Notes: generated from the sequence alone by a model not told the origin. A stretch of 64,000 nt of DNA from Octopus bimaculoides (GCF_001194135.2 NC_068985.1:29835050-29899049); one strand, 5' to 3'; positions 12,291 through 27,006 are shown, counted from the first letter of the stretch. Made by a program: numbers and translations.

Positions 12291-14445
12291 TGCATAGAAA
12301 AAAAAAACACCCTAATGCCATGAAACTAATTTTAAAACTTTTAATGCAAGCATAGCAAACAAATTTTTAAAAAATAGACAGTATGAGAAATGCTACATCC
12401 ATTGATCTTGTTTGGTATGTTGGTATTTAAACAAAAATTAATTCTATGTATATTTTGATCTATTAGAATTGTTTGACTTTGAAAGGCTACTTCTAATTAC
12501 TATATATATGTATATATGAAACAATAATTTATTTTTTTGAACTCCAAATGTCAACAGCTTTTATTTCTCCTGCCAAGTACTGATGCTTTAAAGAGCAAGC
12601 AGTCCCAATGTGTGTTTTCCTTTGCCATTTGTATGGAATTAACAAACTATTTCTAATGATTGACTAAAAAAAAAAAAATGTCTGAAAAGTAAGTGATTGT
12701 CAATATGTACTTCTTTCCTGCTATATAACATCTATGGCTTCTATTGATCAGTCAGGGCTGACCATGCATCTGCCCCTAAATTGTTCCTCCTCAGGGAATA
12801 GGTTTGAGCAAAAGGTTTTGTGGAAGAGCAGTAGATACCCAAAGCCATGCATAAGGTTGCCCAAAGGAAAAAGGAAAGGGTTGATACAACATGGCACCAG
12901 TGTCATCACAGGTGAACTTGGAATGCAAAGAGATAGAACAAATAAATATACTGCAAGACATTTTGTACTACACATTAACAATTCAACCAATCCACTTTTC
13001 TGGAGTCCACCACAAGCTTCAGGCTTAAAAAAAAAGAAGTACTGAGGTTGATTCATTTGACTAAAATTACTTCAACAATGCTGAGGGCTATGCCTAAAAT
13101 ATACACACTAGGGTGTGAAAACTGTTTTGTTTTGCAAAATTTTCCTGAGGAACTTCTTTTATCAATTCCACAAAAAATATATTCTTGTCAAAGCTAAGTA
13201 ATTTTTATGCAAGGATTAGTTGCTAAAACTTTCACTGTAAAGTGGTATTGTACATTACAAGGAGTTTGAGATGTAGGGCTGTTGCGCTACTTCAAATTGG
13301 TACTGATAATGTTAAATGGATATTTGTGTTCTTTTAAAGAAACGTAATTTGGATTGCTTTTGGACTGTCAAAATAAAACAACAGTATTAATGTATTTTAA
13401 AAGTCTCATTTTCTTTCTTTGTTATTTACAGAAAAATATTGCTTGATTCACTAACAATGTTTGGATTTAGAAAGGGAATTTCTCAAGACTAAATCAAACA
13501 AAGAATTCATATACCTTATAAACTGAACACCCACAACCCAACAAGTAAATACGTATATCATCATTTGAGTTGCTAGAAATAACAGCTAAATCTTCCTTAA
13601 ACCACACATACCATTGTCTTTAAGGAAAAAAGGATTAAGACATATTAAATACTGTGGTCTGAAATACTGTTAAACAGTATTATAAAATCTCGACAATACA
13701 CCTGCAAGATCAGGGCTGACTTGGGGCTAAGCACCAAGAATGATAAGAACCAGAACGTCAAGATCCATTTTCCCTCTGTCAGATATTGTTGTTTGCATTT
13801 TCTCATATTTTCTTTTCTTTTGTTTTCAAAAATAATTCCTATGTGTATATTGATTCTCTGACTCAGTTTGAATTTGGAAGAGCCAATTCTAAAGACTATC
13901 CCATTCTGGTAATGAATCCAAAATGGCACTGTATATTGTTTGTTTCTCTTTGGCAATAACATCATGCCTCAAAGGAAGCTAACACCATTCTGACATTTTG
14001 GGACAGCTGTTATATGTGTTTTCTATGTCTCAGTCTTAACACAAATTTGGCACATTTGACATTTCCCATTATAGATACAAACACAGATAGTTAGATAACA
14101 GAGCTGGGTGGGGGGGAGAAAGCGGTAAACAGACTGATAGATAGCTAGTCATATAGATATACAGATAGATAGACATACAGACAAACAGACAGTTAGATAC
14201 ATAGCTAGCTAGCTAGATAGATAGATAGACAGAGAGAAAGACAGACAGATAGATATAAAGATAGCTACAAACACAAATAATTAGTTACACACATCCATCA
14301 CTCACATGTATAAACATAAGAAAATAGTCATGTATATATGTGTGTGTATGTACATACATATATGTGTTATTATCGTTGAAGAGTTCAGTTTAACGATCGA
14401 AAGCACTAATAAAGAATTAACCAAAATTCTGACTGCCTCCTTCTT

Positions 14446-14477
<32 letters not shown>

Positions 14478-14481
<4 letters not shown>

Positions 14482-14886
14482 TCTTTTACTTGTTTCAGTC
14501 ATTTGATTGTGGCCATGCTGGAGAACTGCCTTGAAGGGTTTTTTTAGTCAAACAAATCAACCCCAGAACTTATTTTTGTATGCCTAGTACTTATTCTATT
14601 GGTCTCTTTTGCTGAACCACTAGATTACAAGGATGTAAGCACACCAACACTGATTGTCAAACAGTGGTGGTAGTAATGGTGGGGGTGGGGGACAAACACA
14701 GACACAAAGACACTCACATATATACGATGGGCTTCTTTCAGTTTCTGTCTACCAAATCCACTCACAAAGCTTTGGTCAGCCTGAGGCTATAGTAGAAGAC
14801 ACCTGCCCAAGGTGCCACGCAGTGGGACTGAACCCAGAACTATGAGGTTGGGAAGCAAACTTTTCACAACATAGCCATGCCTGCAC
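14478..14886 (-). mobile_element. SINE family A1, full length
   Basis: Reverse complement of A1 consensus. Confidence 0.85.
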
Positions 14887-15024
14887 CCATATATACATAC
14901 ATACATATATATATACACACATTTATGTGTGTCACACACACATACATATACATACATACACATTGACTGTGTNNNNNNNNNNNNNNNNNNNNNNNNNNNN
15001 NNNNNNNNNNNNNNNNNNNNNNNN

Positions 15025-15071
<47 letters not shown>

Positions 15072-15692
15072 ATATATAATTTACCTTTTACTTATTCCAG
15101 TCATCAGATTGCAGCCATACCAGGGCACCACCTTGAAGAAATTTTCTGTTGAATGTATCGACCCCAGTACTTATTTTTTTAAAGTCTCATACTTAATCTA
15201 TTGGTCTCTTTTGCCAAATCACCAGAAGCTTTGTGCCTGTATTTGTCCCTCCACCTCACCCCTTGACAACTGGTGCTGGTATACATACATATATATATAC
15301 ACACATTTATGTGTGTCACACACACATACATATACATACATACACATTGACTGTGTATGTCTGTAGGTATGCATGTATGAAGTCCAAATGAACAAAAAAA
15401 ACGACAAACAAAATTTACTCTACAAACAATATAGAATCCCACCATCAGTGGATGTTTTGTTGTTTTCTAGAAATTGATTCACAACACCAAATACACTGTG
15501 TTTACAGCTCAAACAATCATTAGTACAAATAATTCCACCATCGGTACTGTGTTGTGTTCAACCGTACTTAAGACACTTAACTACTGCTGGCTCAACTTTA
15601 TTAGTTGTAAAAAGGCACAACAAACTTCTATAAGAAATGAAATTACCAAATAATATTTGAATACTTATTGACCTGTAATAGTGAGGACTGTC

Positions 15693-16080
15693 GGAGGCGC
15701 AATGGCCCAGTGGTTAGGGCAGCGGACTCACGGTCATAGGATCGCGGTTTCGATTCCCAGACCAGGCGTTGTGAGTGTTTATTGAGCGAAAACACCTAAA
15801 GCTCCATGAGGCTCCGGCAGGGGATGGTGGCGAACCCTGCTGTACTCATTCACCACAACTTTCTCTCACTCTTACTTCCCGTTTCTGTTGTGCCTGTAAT
15901 TCAAAGGGTCAGCCTTGTCCCACTGTGTCACGCTGAATGTCCTCGAGAACTACGTTAAGGGTACACGTGTCTGTGGAGTGCTCTGCCACTTGCACGTTAA
16001 TTTCACGAGCAGGCTGTTCTGTTGATCGGATCAACTGGAACCCTCGACGTCGTAAGCGACGGAGTGCCAACAACAACAAC
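15693..16080 (+). mobile_element. Young tRNA-derived SINE, family C, (AAC)n tail, 13-bp TSD
   Basis: A box TGGCCCAGTGG, B box GGTTTCGATTCC, CpGs retained; TSD AGTGAGGACTGTC at 15680-15692 and 16081-16093. Confidence 0.92.
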
Positions 16081-17267
16081 AGTGAGGACTGTCAAAATGT
16101 TTGAGATGGTGTGCCGCTGCAAGACATACAAAGACACATAGTGGGTGTAAGTTACATAAGAGTACTGTCCATTTTTTAAAATGCTACTGTTCCTACACAC
16201 ACACATTCTACAAACTCATTCTGTTGCCAATACTAACTCCAGGTAAATCTTGGGATGCCATAATTGATGATGTACAGGCATATACTGAAGCTACAACATT
16301 TGCAGAGATTTATCATCATCGTCATCATCATCATCATTTCACGTCTGCTTTCCATGCTGACAAGGGTTGGACAGTTTGACAGGAGCTGGCTAGGCGGAAG
16401 GCTGCACCATGCCTTGCTGTCTTGGTATGGTTTTTACGGCTGGATGCCTTTCCTAACACCAACCACTCTACAGAGTGGACTGAGTGCTTTTTACGTGATA
16501 CCAGATGATAATAACGAGCAGGTCTTTCCATAGTTGATCTCTGTGACTGAGCCACAATTCTTGGTCAAATACAGATTGGTAGGTTGGCATCTGGAATATT
16601 GCAAGAGGCTCACTGCTCTCTACAGCTAAACAATGAAGTTACAGCAATGTCAACTGTTGCATTCTATAGTGGACTAATGAAGACAATGAGTGACAATGGC
16701 CAGGGAATAATTCTAGGTACTGATAGGGACAGTCTATGAATTTGCTTCTGGAGTATGTTCAGGTTTTGGATTATGAACAATTTTCAAAAATTCTTTACCT
16801 TATGCTACAACACTGGGATATTACTTGCATGGAGCATTACTCTGCAGACATGACCATAATGAAACCACCAGCAACCAAACCTCTCTGAAATGTTTGAAAA
16901 ATGACCTTATATTAGTTCGGTGTCTGTGCATTACTGATTTATGGGGTCATGTTGAACAGCTGTTATTATAAGTAGGGGGACAGACCTGACCTATCTTTCT
17001 ATCAGCTGAGTCTATAATGAAGATCTGAAGACTGACCCATACCCTTCATTTGGTGAGGAAGAGAGGGTAAGTCTTATGTCTGGTGGTTATGTTTATGACA
17101 ATGATGGTGATGATGACAATGATGATGGTGGCTGTCATAGTATTCATGGTGATAATGGTGATACTAATAATAATGATAGTAGTTATGATGTTTTTGGTAG
17201 TGGTGGCAGCGGCAATGATGACTAGCAGGAACAATGACATTGATGATTATAATGATGATGATAACAA

Positions 17268-17272
17268 TGATA

Positions 17273-17315
<43 letters not shown>
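17268..17315. repeat. (GAT)n microsatellite inside a larger ATG/GTG-rich low-complexity tract (~17080-17330)
   Basis: Direct observation. Confidence 0.95.
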
Positions 17316-17996
17316 CAACGACGGGTGTAATAAAGAATAAAAAAAGACAGCTGGCTTTTGTTTCCTATCTGTTACACAACAGTCTATTTTAAATTATATA
17401 TATGTATATTTATTTTCATGATTCATGAAAGGGCAAGGGAGCAGAGGAGAGAGGGGATTTCCCTTGCCCCCTCCCACCGCACACTCCTCACCTTCACACC
17501 CTTCTACACCCTCCACACACTTCCTCACTGCCAACATCACAACCACTTCTTCCTTCTTCTACCTCACCCCTGTCCGTGCATGTGCTTCTGCTTACCATAT
17601 GCAATCCCACCACCACCACCACCTCATTAGTTTTCACACTGGTGCTACACAAACACAACATCTAACACAATGACTACCACCACCACCACCACTTACACTA
17701 ACATTAGTCTAATCATCAATACTGAACTTCCTCTCCATGCGCCCAAGATTAAACATCACACCACCAACGCTGTCTCAACCACATCACTATAAAAACACCA
17801 TCACCACCACTCCTACCAATACTGCTATCGAGATGCCACCATCATCGCTATCAGAGTTTCTATACGATTACTCGATCAGCAAGAGATAGCACCTAAATGT
17901 TATCCTACTGCTTCAGAAAAAGAGCATGTTGGATAATGTAGTTTTGAGTTCATTGCACATAGCAACAAAAATGGGATGGCCATGGATGGAATGTCT

Positions 17997-18155
17997 TTCG
18001 GGCATGGTTGTGTGGTAAGAAGCTTGCTTTGCAACCATGTGGTTTCAGGTTCAGTCCCACTGCACAACACTTTGGGCAAGTGTCTTCTATCATAGTCCCA
18101 AGCCAACAAATGCCTTGTGAGTGAATTTGGTTGACAGAAATAGTGTGAAAACCCA
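17997..18155 (+). mobile_element. Family A SINE head, interrupted by a family B insertion
   Basis: GGCATGGTTGTGTGGTAAGAAGC..GGTTCAGTCCC..TTGGGCAAGTGTC. Confidence 0.8.
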
Positions 18156-18415
18156 ATGCCAGCCAGGCAGCCAGCCAGGCAGCAAGCTGGCAGAAACGTT
18201 AGCACGCTGGGTGATATGCTTAGTGGTATTTCGTCTGCCACTACGTTCTGAGTTCAAATTCCGCTGATGTCGACTTTGCCTTTTATCCTTTCGGGGTCAA
18301 TTAAATAAGTACCAGTTACGCACTGGGGTCGATATAATCGACTTAATCCGTTTGTCTGTCCTTGTTTGTCCCCTCTGTGTGTAGCCCCTTGTGGGCAGTA
18401 AAGAAATAAGAAACT
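18156..18415 (+). mobile_element. Family B SINE variant with 13-bp TSD
   Basis: TSD GTGTGAAAACCCA at 18143-18155 and 18416-18428. Confidence 0.85.
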
Positions 18416-18434
18416 GTGTGAAAACCCATTATAT

Positions 18435-18484
<50 letters not shown>

Positions 18485-18534
18485 CAAATTATATACTAAT
18501 TATAAAAAAACGATCTTCTATAATGATATACGAA

Positions 18535-18750
18535 TATTCTTCTCTACTCTAGGCACAAGGCCTGAAAATTTTGGGAGAGGGGCCAGTCGATTAGATCGAC
18601 CCCAATACTGGTACTTAATTTATCAACTCCGAAAGGATGAAAAGCAAAGTTGACCTCAGTGGAATTTGAACTCAGAATGTAAAGACAGATGAAATACTGC
18701 TAAGCATTTTGCCTGGCACGCTAATGTCTCTGCCAACTTGCCACTTTTAG
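18535..18750 (-). mobile_element. SINE family B
   Basis: Reverse complement of B consensus. Confidence 0.85.
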
Positions 18751-20606
18751 GTATATAAATACTAATTCAGCTACTTAATACTGTGCAGAAACAAATGTTG
18801 TGATCTATTATTAAAGCCTGATAGCCTTCATCCTAGGATTTTATACACACACACACACAAGTACACATACGTGTGTGTGTGTGTGTGTGCGTGTGCGTGT
18901 AGTTGTTGTGCTGCTTGACATCCAATAGTATCAACCTAACTTCATGGTTTAGAAAAAGGCTGATAGAATAAGTACCAGACCAGACCAGACCAGACAAAAA
19001 AAAAGTAAAAAAACAGGATTTGTTTGACTAAACCCTTTAAGGTGGTACCTCAGCATGGTCGCAGTCCAATAACTGAAACAAGTAGAAAATAAGAGACAGA
19101 CTTGCCTAAGATTAAATGCTGTCACTGTCGCCAGCACCAGCACTGGCACCAGCAGCACCACCAATAACAACAGAACATAATACTGGTTTCAAATTTTGGC
19201 ACAAGGCCAGTAATTTGGGGGGATGGGTAAGTCGATTACATTGACCCCCAGTGGTCAACTGGTACTTATTTTATCGAACACACAACCACCTCTAATAAAT
19301 CACCACCATTACTACAAATACTGAAATAAAAAAAAAAAACAGCATCAGCACTATAAAAAAGATTGTCTTCTCCACCTCATAGACAGCACAAAGAGAACCC
19401 ACCACCACCACCACCATCTACATCTTATAGACATCCTCCCATCACCACTGCTACCACAAAACCACCACCACCACTACCACTACTACTACTATGACAATGG
19501 CGATGACGATGACGACCCATCACCATCATCACCAAATCCATTGCTACCACCCTCTCCACAACCATCTCCACCACTGGATTCACCAACGCTACCCCCCCCC
19601 ACCACCACTACCAGCAAACAATATCATCGGTCGCCTGCATGTCTGAAGTTACATAATGCAATATCAAAAGAAAGCAATCAGGTAATACTTGTTGGGGGGG
19701 GTCATGGTGGTGGTGATGGCGGCGGAATCAAGGAAGTGGTGTTAGGTAGCATGATGGAGATTATAGTGGTGTTATATTTATTTTCTTTTTTTAGTGGTAG
19801 CAGCAGCAGTGGTGTTGGTGGTTGTGAAACTCAATGGAGGATATAATACAAATGATACAACATCAGCAGTGACGCCACGACCATGTTTTCACAGTCCTTA
19901 CATGTGTGTGTGTGTATATATATATGTATGTATGTACGTATATATATATGTAAATATATAAACATATATATATGTATATACATACATGTATATGTATATA
20001 TATATATATATATATATACATACAAACACACACATACATACCTGTATATATATCACCATTTAATGATGATATACATGTATGTACATATGCTCACACACAC
20101 ACACATATATGTGAGTATGAATGCAAACTTGCTTAATTCAAGTAAATAACTAAAATTTTAAAAATATAATAAAAAATAAGAACAGAAAAGACAGACAATC
20201 AAAAACCCCTGAAAACATCATAATTACATCAGAAAATCTCAAATACAGTTTAGGGGATGCCAAAGTTGTAAGGATGGTTCCTTGCTACATTTGAAACCAA
20301 TCTGATTCGATGTAACAGAAGAATGAAGGAAAGGAGGAAAGAAGTAAAAGAAAACATTTGCCGAGAAAGCTATCTTGTAAATATAGTTATTGTGAAAGTT
20401 TCCTGGTATCATTATTATAGATTCTAAGAGCGAGATCTAATCAAAAGCCTTGTTGGTCGGTGCTATTGAGAAGGGAGGGGGGACACATGTGGTGGAAACA
20501 TTATAAGAACCACCCATTCATCTGTAGCAGCACCTTTCACAATCTCAGTTAATTTCTTCTTTAAAAGGCGGGAAAATCAGTTAAAAAAAAAAACAACAAA
20601 AAAGTA

Positions 20607-21000
20607 GCTGTTTGGTAAGAAGCTTGCTTTCCAATCACATGGTTCCAGGTTCAGTTCCACTGTGTGGCACCTTGGGCAAGTGTCTTCTACTATAGCCATG
20701 GGCTAACCAAAGCCTTGTGAGTTGATCTGGTAGATGAAAACTGAAAGAAGCCCATTGTATAGATATGTATATACATATACGTGTGTGTGTCTTTGTGTCT
20801 GTGTTTGTTCCCCCATCATCATTTGACAACTGGTGTTGGTGTGTTTACATCCCCATAGCTTAGTGGTTTGGTAAAAGGGTCCGATGGAATAAGTACCAAG
20901 CTTAAAAAATAAGTACTGGGGTCATCGATTTATTTGACTAAAATTTCAGGGTGGTGACCCAGCATGACTGCATTCTAATGACTGAAATAAGTAAAAGATA
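20607..21000 (+). mobile_element. SINE family A1, full length
   Basis: Full A1 layout with CpG-decayed sites. Confidence 0.85.
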
Positions 21001-21042
21001 AAAAAAAAACAGAGCTGTGGTGGACAAAATGCTTTTGCAGTA

Positions 21043-21431
21043 TTTACTCTTTTACTTGTTTCTGTCATTTGACTGTGGCCATACTGGAGCACCGCCTTTA
21101 GTCGAGCAAATCGACCCCAGGACTTATTCTTTGGAAGCCTAGTACTTATTCTACCGGTCTCTTTTGCCGAACCGCTAAGTTACGGGGACGTAAACACACC
21201 AGCATTGGTTGTCAAGCGATGGGGGGGGGGACAAACACAGACACAGAAACATATATATATACATATATACGACGGGCTTCTTTCAGTTTCCTTCTACCAA
21301 ATCCACTCACAAGGCTTTGGTCGGCCTGAGGCTATAGTAGAAGACACTTGCCCAAGGTGCCACGCAGTGGGACTGAACCCAGAACCATGTGGTTGGTAGG
21401 CAAGCTACTTACCACACAGCCACTCCCGCGC
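21043..21431 (-). mobile_element. SINE family A1, young full-length copy
   Basis: Full A1 layout with most CpGs intact (GTCGAGC, TCGACCCC, CCGCTAAG). Confidence 0.9.
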
Positions 21432-23639
21432 TTATTTAGTTACATTTTTATACTGATTTGTTTTCAAATCTCACCGTGGTGTTAGCTTTACTTCCAACAT
21501 AATTCCACCTCCAGAATTGATGATATGGACTAGCTAGGAAACTTCTACGGTGGTGATTCTCAACCAGGGGCAAATTTACTTCTTTGTGGGGAGTGGGAGA
21601 GGGGGGTAAATTTACATGTTAGGGAACTTAGATACATCATACCTGAAAATTAATCAAGCCCTTTTTGCTACAAACCTATCTAAGACTGTCCTTGGTCCTA
21701 CGATACATCCGATGATACAAAATTCCCGGTTTAAAGTGATCATCATCATCCTCATCATCAACAACATTTACTGTCCATTTCTCATGCTGGCATGGGTTGG
21801 CTGGCTAGACAGGAATCGGCAAGGCCAGAGGCTGCACCAGGTTCCATAGTCTGTCTTGTACTAGTTTCTATGGCTGGATGCCTTTCCAAATGCCAGCCAC
21901 TTTACTGAGTGTTCTGGGTGCTTTCTGCATGACACCATCACCAGTGTTTTCTTTTTATGTGGCACCAACACGATGATCTACATTAAAAACCTTTCCTCAG
22001 TAATTAATCTTAAATTCTGTTTCAAATACCAACTTAATGTGATATTTATTTTACTAAACTTGTTATTACTTTCTAAATTAATTATAAAAAAAGTGTGTTT
22101 GAGCAGAAAAGGGTTAATTCTGTTCCATTTTGTTTGTATGTGTGTGTGTATCTATGTTGATAATGCATTATTCTGTATAAGAAAGGATTAAGAGGAATGT
22201 GTTAATGGTGGAATATATCAAGCTTTGGGGTTAAATGACAGTGGAAAGGGGTTGAGAATCCTTGTTCAACAAGGTTACTTGACCTACTAAGCATTTTTGT
22301 CATAGCTGGAATGATCATACATTTGAAGGAACAGATCTGACTTATAACTAGAGAACATTTTAAATAATGTAGTCCTAGATACACTATATCTGGAGAATGG
22401 TCAAGGAGTGGAACATCTTTGATTGTAAGTTTGCTAGTTTCCTCAGATTCCAGATTTTACCTTTACTCAATCTGGGACTAAACAACAGCAGAAACTACCT
22501 ATCTAGAGAGCCTTCCAACCTGCTTGAAAAACAACCAATTCTCCCTTATATTGCACCCAACTGTAGTTAGAAACTAGATGATATAATTCTCTATAAATAA
22601 CATTTGGAAAAAAGTCTGGATGGTCAGAATTGGAATAATATTGATCATAGACTTACTTGATCAGATCTAGCCTAGAGCTAAAAACAACAATACACATGCT
22701 TATCCAAGTCTATAACTGCTTCGCAGTCAGTCTACTTGCTAAAATAGCAGTCAAATCTACTGCAAGTCATACCCTTCATGTCTTAGAAGAGGAAGGACAC
22801 ACTGAATATGGTAGTTCTAGATTTATTGTCCTGATTGATTCAGGGTTGAGCTTTTATTTTTAGCATTTGTTTAATATGAAGGAAAGAGCTGAACCTGTGG
22901 CCTTTAAAGACATTCTCCTGAGACGCATAAGATCAATGTATTAATGGTCCTTTTGAACAGCTGCAAGTCAACAACAACAAATAAAACATAACTGGGGACT
23001 AAACAACAACAAGGTACTAATGAAGAACTAGGGTCAATCCATCCATCTATTCATCATAAAAATTTATATCTTTATGCCAAATTTAGTAAATACTATAATT
23101 TGTGGTTAAGACAAGATCAAATCAAAAGTGTGGTAGCATTAAACCAAATATCTTCTACACTAGCCATGAGTTAAGTCTTCCAAGTAAAATTTGGCAGGCA
23201 GAAACTGAGTGGAAGCATGGTGGAGGAACTGTTCCTCTTCTTGGGTGATATATTTTAATTTGATGTTGGGGAGTGAGGAAGCATTTACAATTTCTTTTTA
23301 TGGAACTTCTACCTGAACTGATTTCGATGCACTTTCTTTCTCGATAACTCCTCAAATTCCAACCCCCTGTATTAAATATTTTCTCCAACCTTTCTCCTGA
23401 AATTACATCGTCAGTTATATGCCTCTAAATTCCATTCCTGCCCATGACTCTTTCCAGCTACTGAACATCTGTCATATTAATACCTCACCTCTAATCCACG
23501 TGGGAGCCTGAAAGGGTCTTATGGGCAATGCTATCTCTCTTCTTATTCAGGAAAATACATTTTGAGGCAGTATGATAAAGTAGAAATACAATACAGGAAT
23601 TTTATAACATTAGACTGAAATAACACATTGCCATAGAAA

Positions 23640-23950
23640 CAGTTTGCTACAACAGTACTAGTTGGCTACATTAGCTTTAGTTTCAGTTTGTAACAAAGGG
23701 AGCTTCATTTTATTATTTGTATTTTAGTTCACTATACTAGTTACAACTGAAGTTTGTTACAATGATTTTAATTTCAGTCTGCAACAATAGTTTGGTTTTA
23801 GTTTGCAACAGTTTTAGCATTAGTTTGCAACAATAGTTTTTGTTTCAGTTTGCTACAATAGTTTTAAATTTAGTTTGCTTTTATATCAAATTACAAGAAA
23901 TTCCAGTTTGCTACAACAATTTCAATTTGTTTGCTATAAAGTTTCAGTTT
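23640..23950. repeat. Degenerate minisatellite, ~22-24 bp unit (TTTCAGTTTGCWACAATAGTT-like)
   Basis: Recurring AGTTTGC(T/A)ACAA motif. Confidence 0.7.
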
Positions 23951-24319
23951 CTCTGGACAATTTTACCTCACCATCAATACTTACATTTTCAATACGACAT
24001 TTTAGATTGAAAAATCATTAGATCATCTTGAGATGTTATGTTTCTATATTTGCATATAAATGTACTTTGTTTGACATGGTCTGAACACAAAATTATAGCA
24101 TGATTGCCTATTGTGTGTACATGTGTGTGTGTGTGCTTGTGTATATGTGTGTGTGTGTGCTTGTGTATATTTGTGTGTGTGTGTCTCTTTGTTTTAATGT
24201 AATGTGATTATTGTAGCTAAGTCTGTGGAATAAAAACCTACGATCTTCATCATACATAATGTTATTAATCAACTTTGCTTTTATGCAGGTATCATGTAGG
24301 TTAGAAATTGAGGATAACA

Positions 24320-24640
24320 GGTGCAGGTGTGGCACCTTCTACTATAGCCCCAGGCCAACCAAAGCCTTGTGAGTAGATTTAGTTGACAGAAACTGAAAGA
24401 AGTACACCATGTGTGTGTGTGTTGTCATCACATCATAATTGTAAAATGATTATCACTATCATACAAATAGTGCCATTCATTTCCCATATTCTGCAAGAAC
24501 ATGTCTGGCCTGTAGAGAAATATTATCTTACTTAGGTGAGGGTTGGTAACAGGAAAGGCATCTGGTTGTGGAAAATCTGCCTCAAATAAACTCTATCTGA
24601 CCCATGCAATCGTGGAAAAGTGGAAGTTAAAATGATGCTG
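24320..24640 (+). mobile_element. SINE family A2 followed by (GAT)n
   Basis: A-type body plus CCCATGCAATCGTGGAAAAGTGGAAGTTAAAATGATG tail. Confidence 0.75.
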
Positions 24641-24668
24641 AGATGATGATGATGATGAGATGATGATG

Positions 24669-24700
<32 letters not shown>

Positions 24701-24744
24701 CATGAAGATGATGATCATGAAGATGATTATGATGATGATGATTT

Positions 24745-24968
24745 TATCTATAATACTGGGTTCAAATTTTAACACAAGGCCAGCAATTTTGAGAAAGGGG
24801 TAAGTTTATTACATTAACCCAGTGTTCAATTGGTATTTATTTTATTGATCCTAAAAGGATGAAAGGCAAAGCTGACCCCGGTGACATTTGAATTCAGAAC
24901 ATAAAGATGAATGAAATGCCGTTAAGCATTTAACTGGACAGGCTAACATTTCTGCCAGTTTGCCACCT
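24745..24968 (-). mobile_element. SINE family B
   Basis: Reverse complement of B consensus, abutting the (GAT)n tract. Confidence 0.85.
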
Positions 24969-25537
24969 TACATGTTAATATTACCAATGTTACAGTACAA
25001 CTATATTGGTAACACTTTTAAAATACCTTAATATACTGTACTACCTCCTTATTTCTATAGCAAAAGTACAAGCGGTTGTATTTAAACCTACAAACCTAAT
25101 GGACAATGAAAAATGCCCTACTGAGTTGTTGATTCTAAGAAAAAATATATCAGTAATATATATATTTCACACTTAATTTAAAGCATTTACTTATGCATCA
25201 GTTGTCTTACAAATAACATAAATAATATAAATGCTATGTTTATAACAGATTGCCTTCAATTTTGTTTGGTAGATTAGCAGTCAGTTGCCTCATGAATAAT
25301 ATAAATGGTGTGTTTTTTGATTCCATTCCATAATTACGATGTTTCTTTAAAGTGTTACATACATAGACAGTAACAGAATAATATAAATATTAATGTACAT
25401 TTACATACATCTGTACATATACATTTGCGTTATACACCTGTACGTCTATGTCTATGCATGCATATATATTTTGTGTGTGTTTGTGTGAGCGTATATGTAT
25501 ACTCACACATATACACATACAAGCACATGCGGTTGTG

Positions 25538-25935
25538 AACATGGCTGTGTGGTGGGTGAGGTTTACTCCTCAATCAATGGTTTGGAGTTCAATCCCACTG
25601 TGTGACACTTTAACCCTGAGAAGATCAAAGCCTTGTGAATGGATGTGATAGCTTAAACTGAAAGATGCCTATTGTAGGCCTATTGTGTGTGTGTGTGTGT
25701 GTGTTAGTCTTAATGTAACGTGATTGTTGTAAATAAGTGTCACTGTCATACAAGCAGTATCATTCATTTCCAAATAGTCTGCAAAAATATGTCTGGCAGT
25801 GGGGAATTATTAACCTTGCTTGGAAACAGGTACGGGTTGGTGACAGGAACAGAATCCAGTCACACAAAATCTGCCTCAGTAAACTCTGTCTGACTCATGC
25901 AAGCATGGAAAAATGGACATTAAAATGATGATGAT
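25538..25935 (+). mobile_element. SINE family A2, full length
   Basis: Head to RTE-type tail ending GGACATTAAAATGATGATGAT. Confidence 0.8.
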
Positions 25936-26489
25936 GACAATATTGATGAATGTGACTGCAATGTCTTTGACCATTGGCCTTCTTGGACAAAGTAGCCCTA
26001 TTTCTTCAAGAAAAAAAAAAAAAAAGACAAGATGGTCCAGGCTGGAATGCTTTTGATTAGCAGTCTGCTCAATGACAGCAAAATCAACAATGATAATGTT
26101 TGCTACTATCACTATTACCATATTTCTGGTTAAATTACCATATTTAGGGTGTCTCTAAATGGACACTTCAACTGCTAGAAATAGCAGCCAAATCTCCCTA
26201 ATATCACAGCCTGCCATCTAAAACAGAAGGACATGTTGCATAATGTAATCCTGGATATACACAACGTCTGATTAAAAGGGGGATTGCTCACATTTAGAAT
26301 ACCTCTGATCACAGGTCTGTTAGGTCAAGGCTGATCTTTTGGCTACACAACATTACCAGTGCCACCACTATCACAATTATCTCATTTAGCAATAAACCAC
26401 TACCCTTAATGGTATCGTATTTAATGCCACTTTCATTCTTATTTCTACTGCCACCATCATGCTGCTATCTTTATCTTCTTTCTTGTTTC

Positions 26490-26833
26490 ACTTATTGGAC
26501 ATTGGGCCATGCTGGTGCACCACCTTGAAGGGTTTTAGTCGAACAGATTCACCCCCTAGTACTTTTTTTAAAGTCTGGTACTTTATCAACCTTTTCTGTT
26601 GAACCACTAAGTTACAAGAACAAACACAAACACAAACACACATACATATATAAGTACACACACCACATATATGATGGGCTTCTTTCAGTTTCTGTCTACC
26701 AGATCCATTCACAAGGCTTTGATTGGTCCAGGGCTATAGCAGAAAACACTTGCCCAAGGTACTACAGAGTGGGACTGAACCAGAAACCATGTAGTTGGAA
26801 AGCAAACTTCTCAATTGCACAGCCAAGCCTATG
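26490..26833 (-). mobile_element. SINE family A1
   Basis: Reverse complement of A1 consensus. Confidence 0.8.
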
Positions 26834-26859
26834 CCTATTTCACTAATTACATTATTTTC

Positions 26860-26967
26860 ACCATTGCATTTACTACAACAACCACCACTACCAACACTAC
26901 ACTACACTACAACAGACACCACTAACAACAACAACAACGCCAACACTACTACTACTACTAGTACTGT

Positions 26968-27006
<39 letters not shown>

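Noticed and set aside
14893-15357. ~76-bp identical microsatellite-rich segment present twice
   Set aside because: One copy abuts a gap; misassembly or haplotype mosaic cannot be excluded.
20260-20330. Minus-strand acceptor followed by LVSNVARNHPYNFGIP*
   Set aside because: Too short, unrecognised, and without supporting exons.
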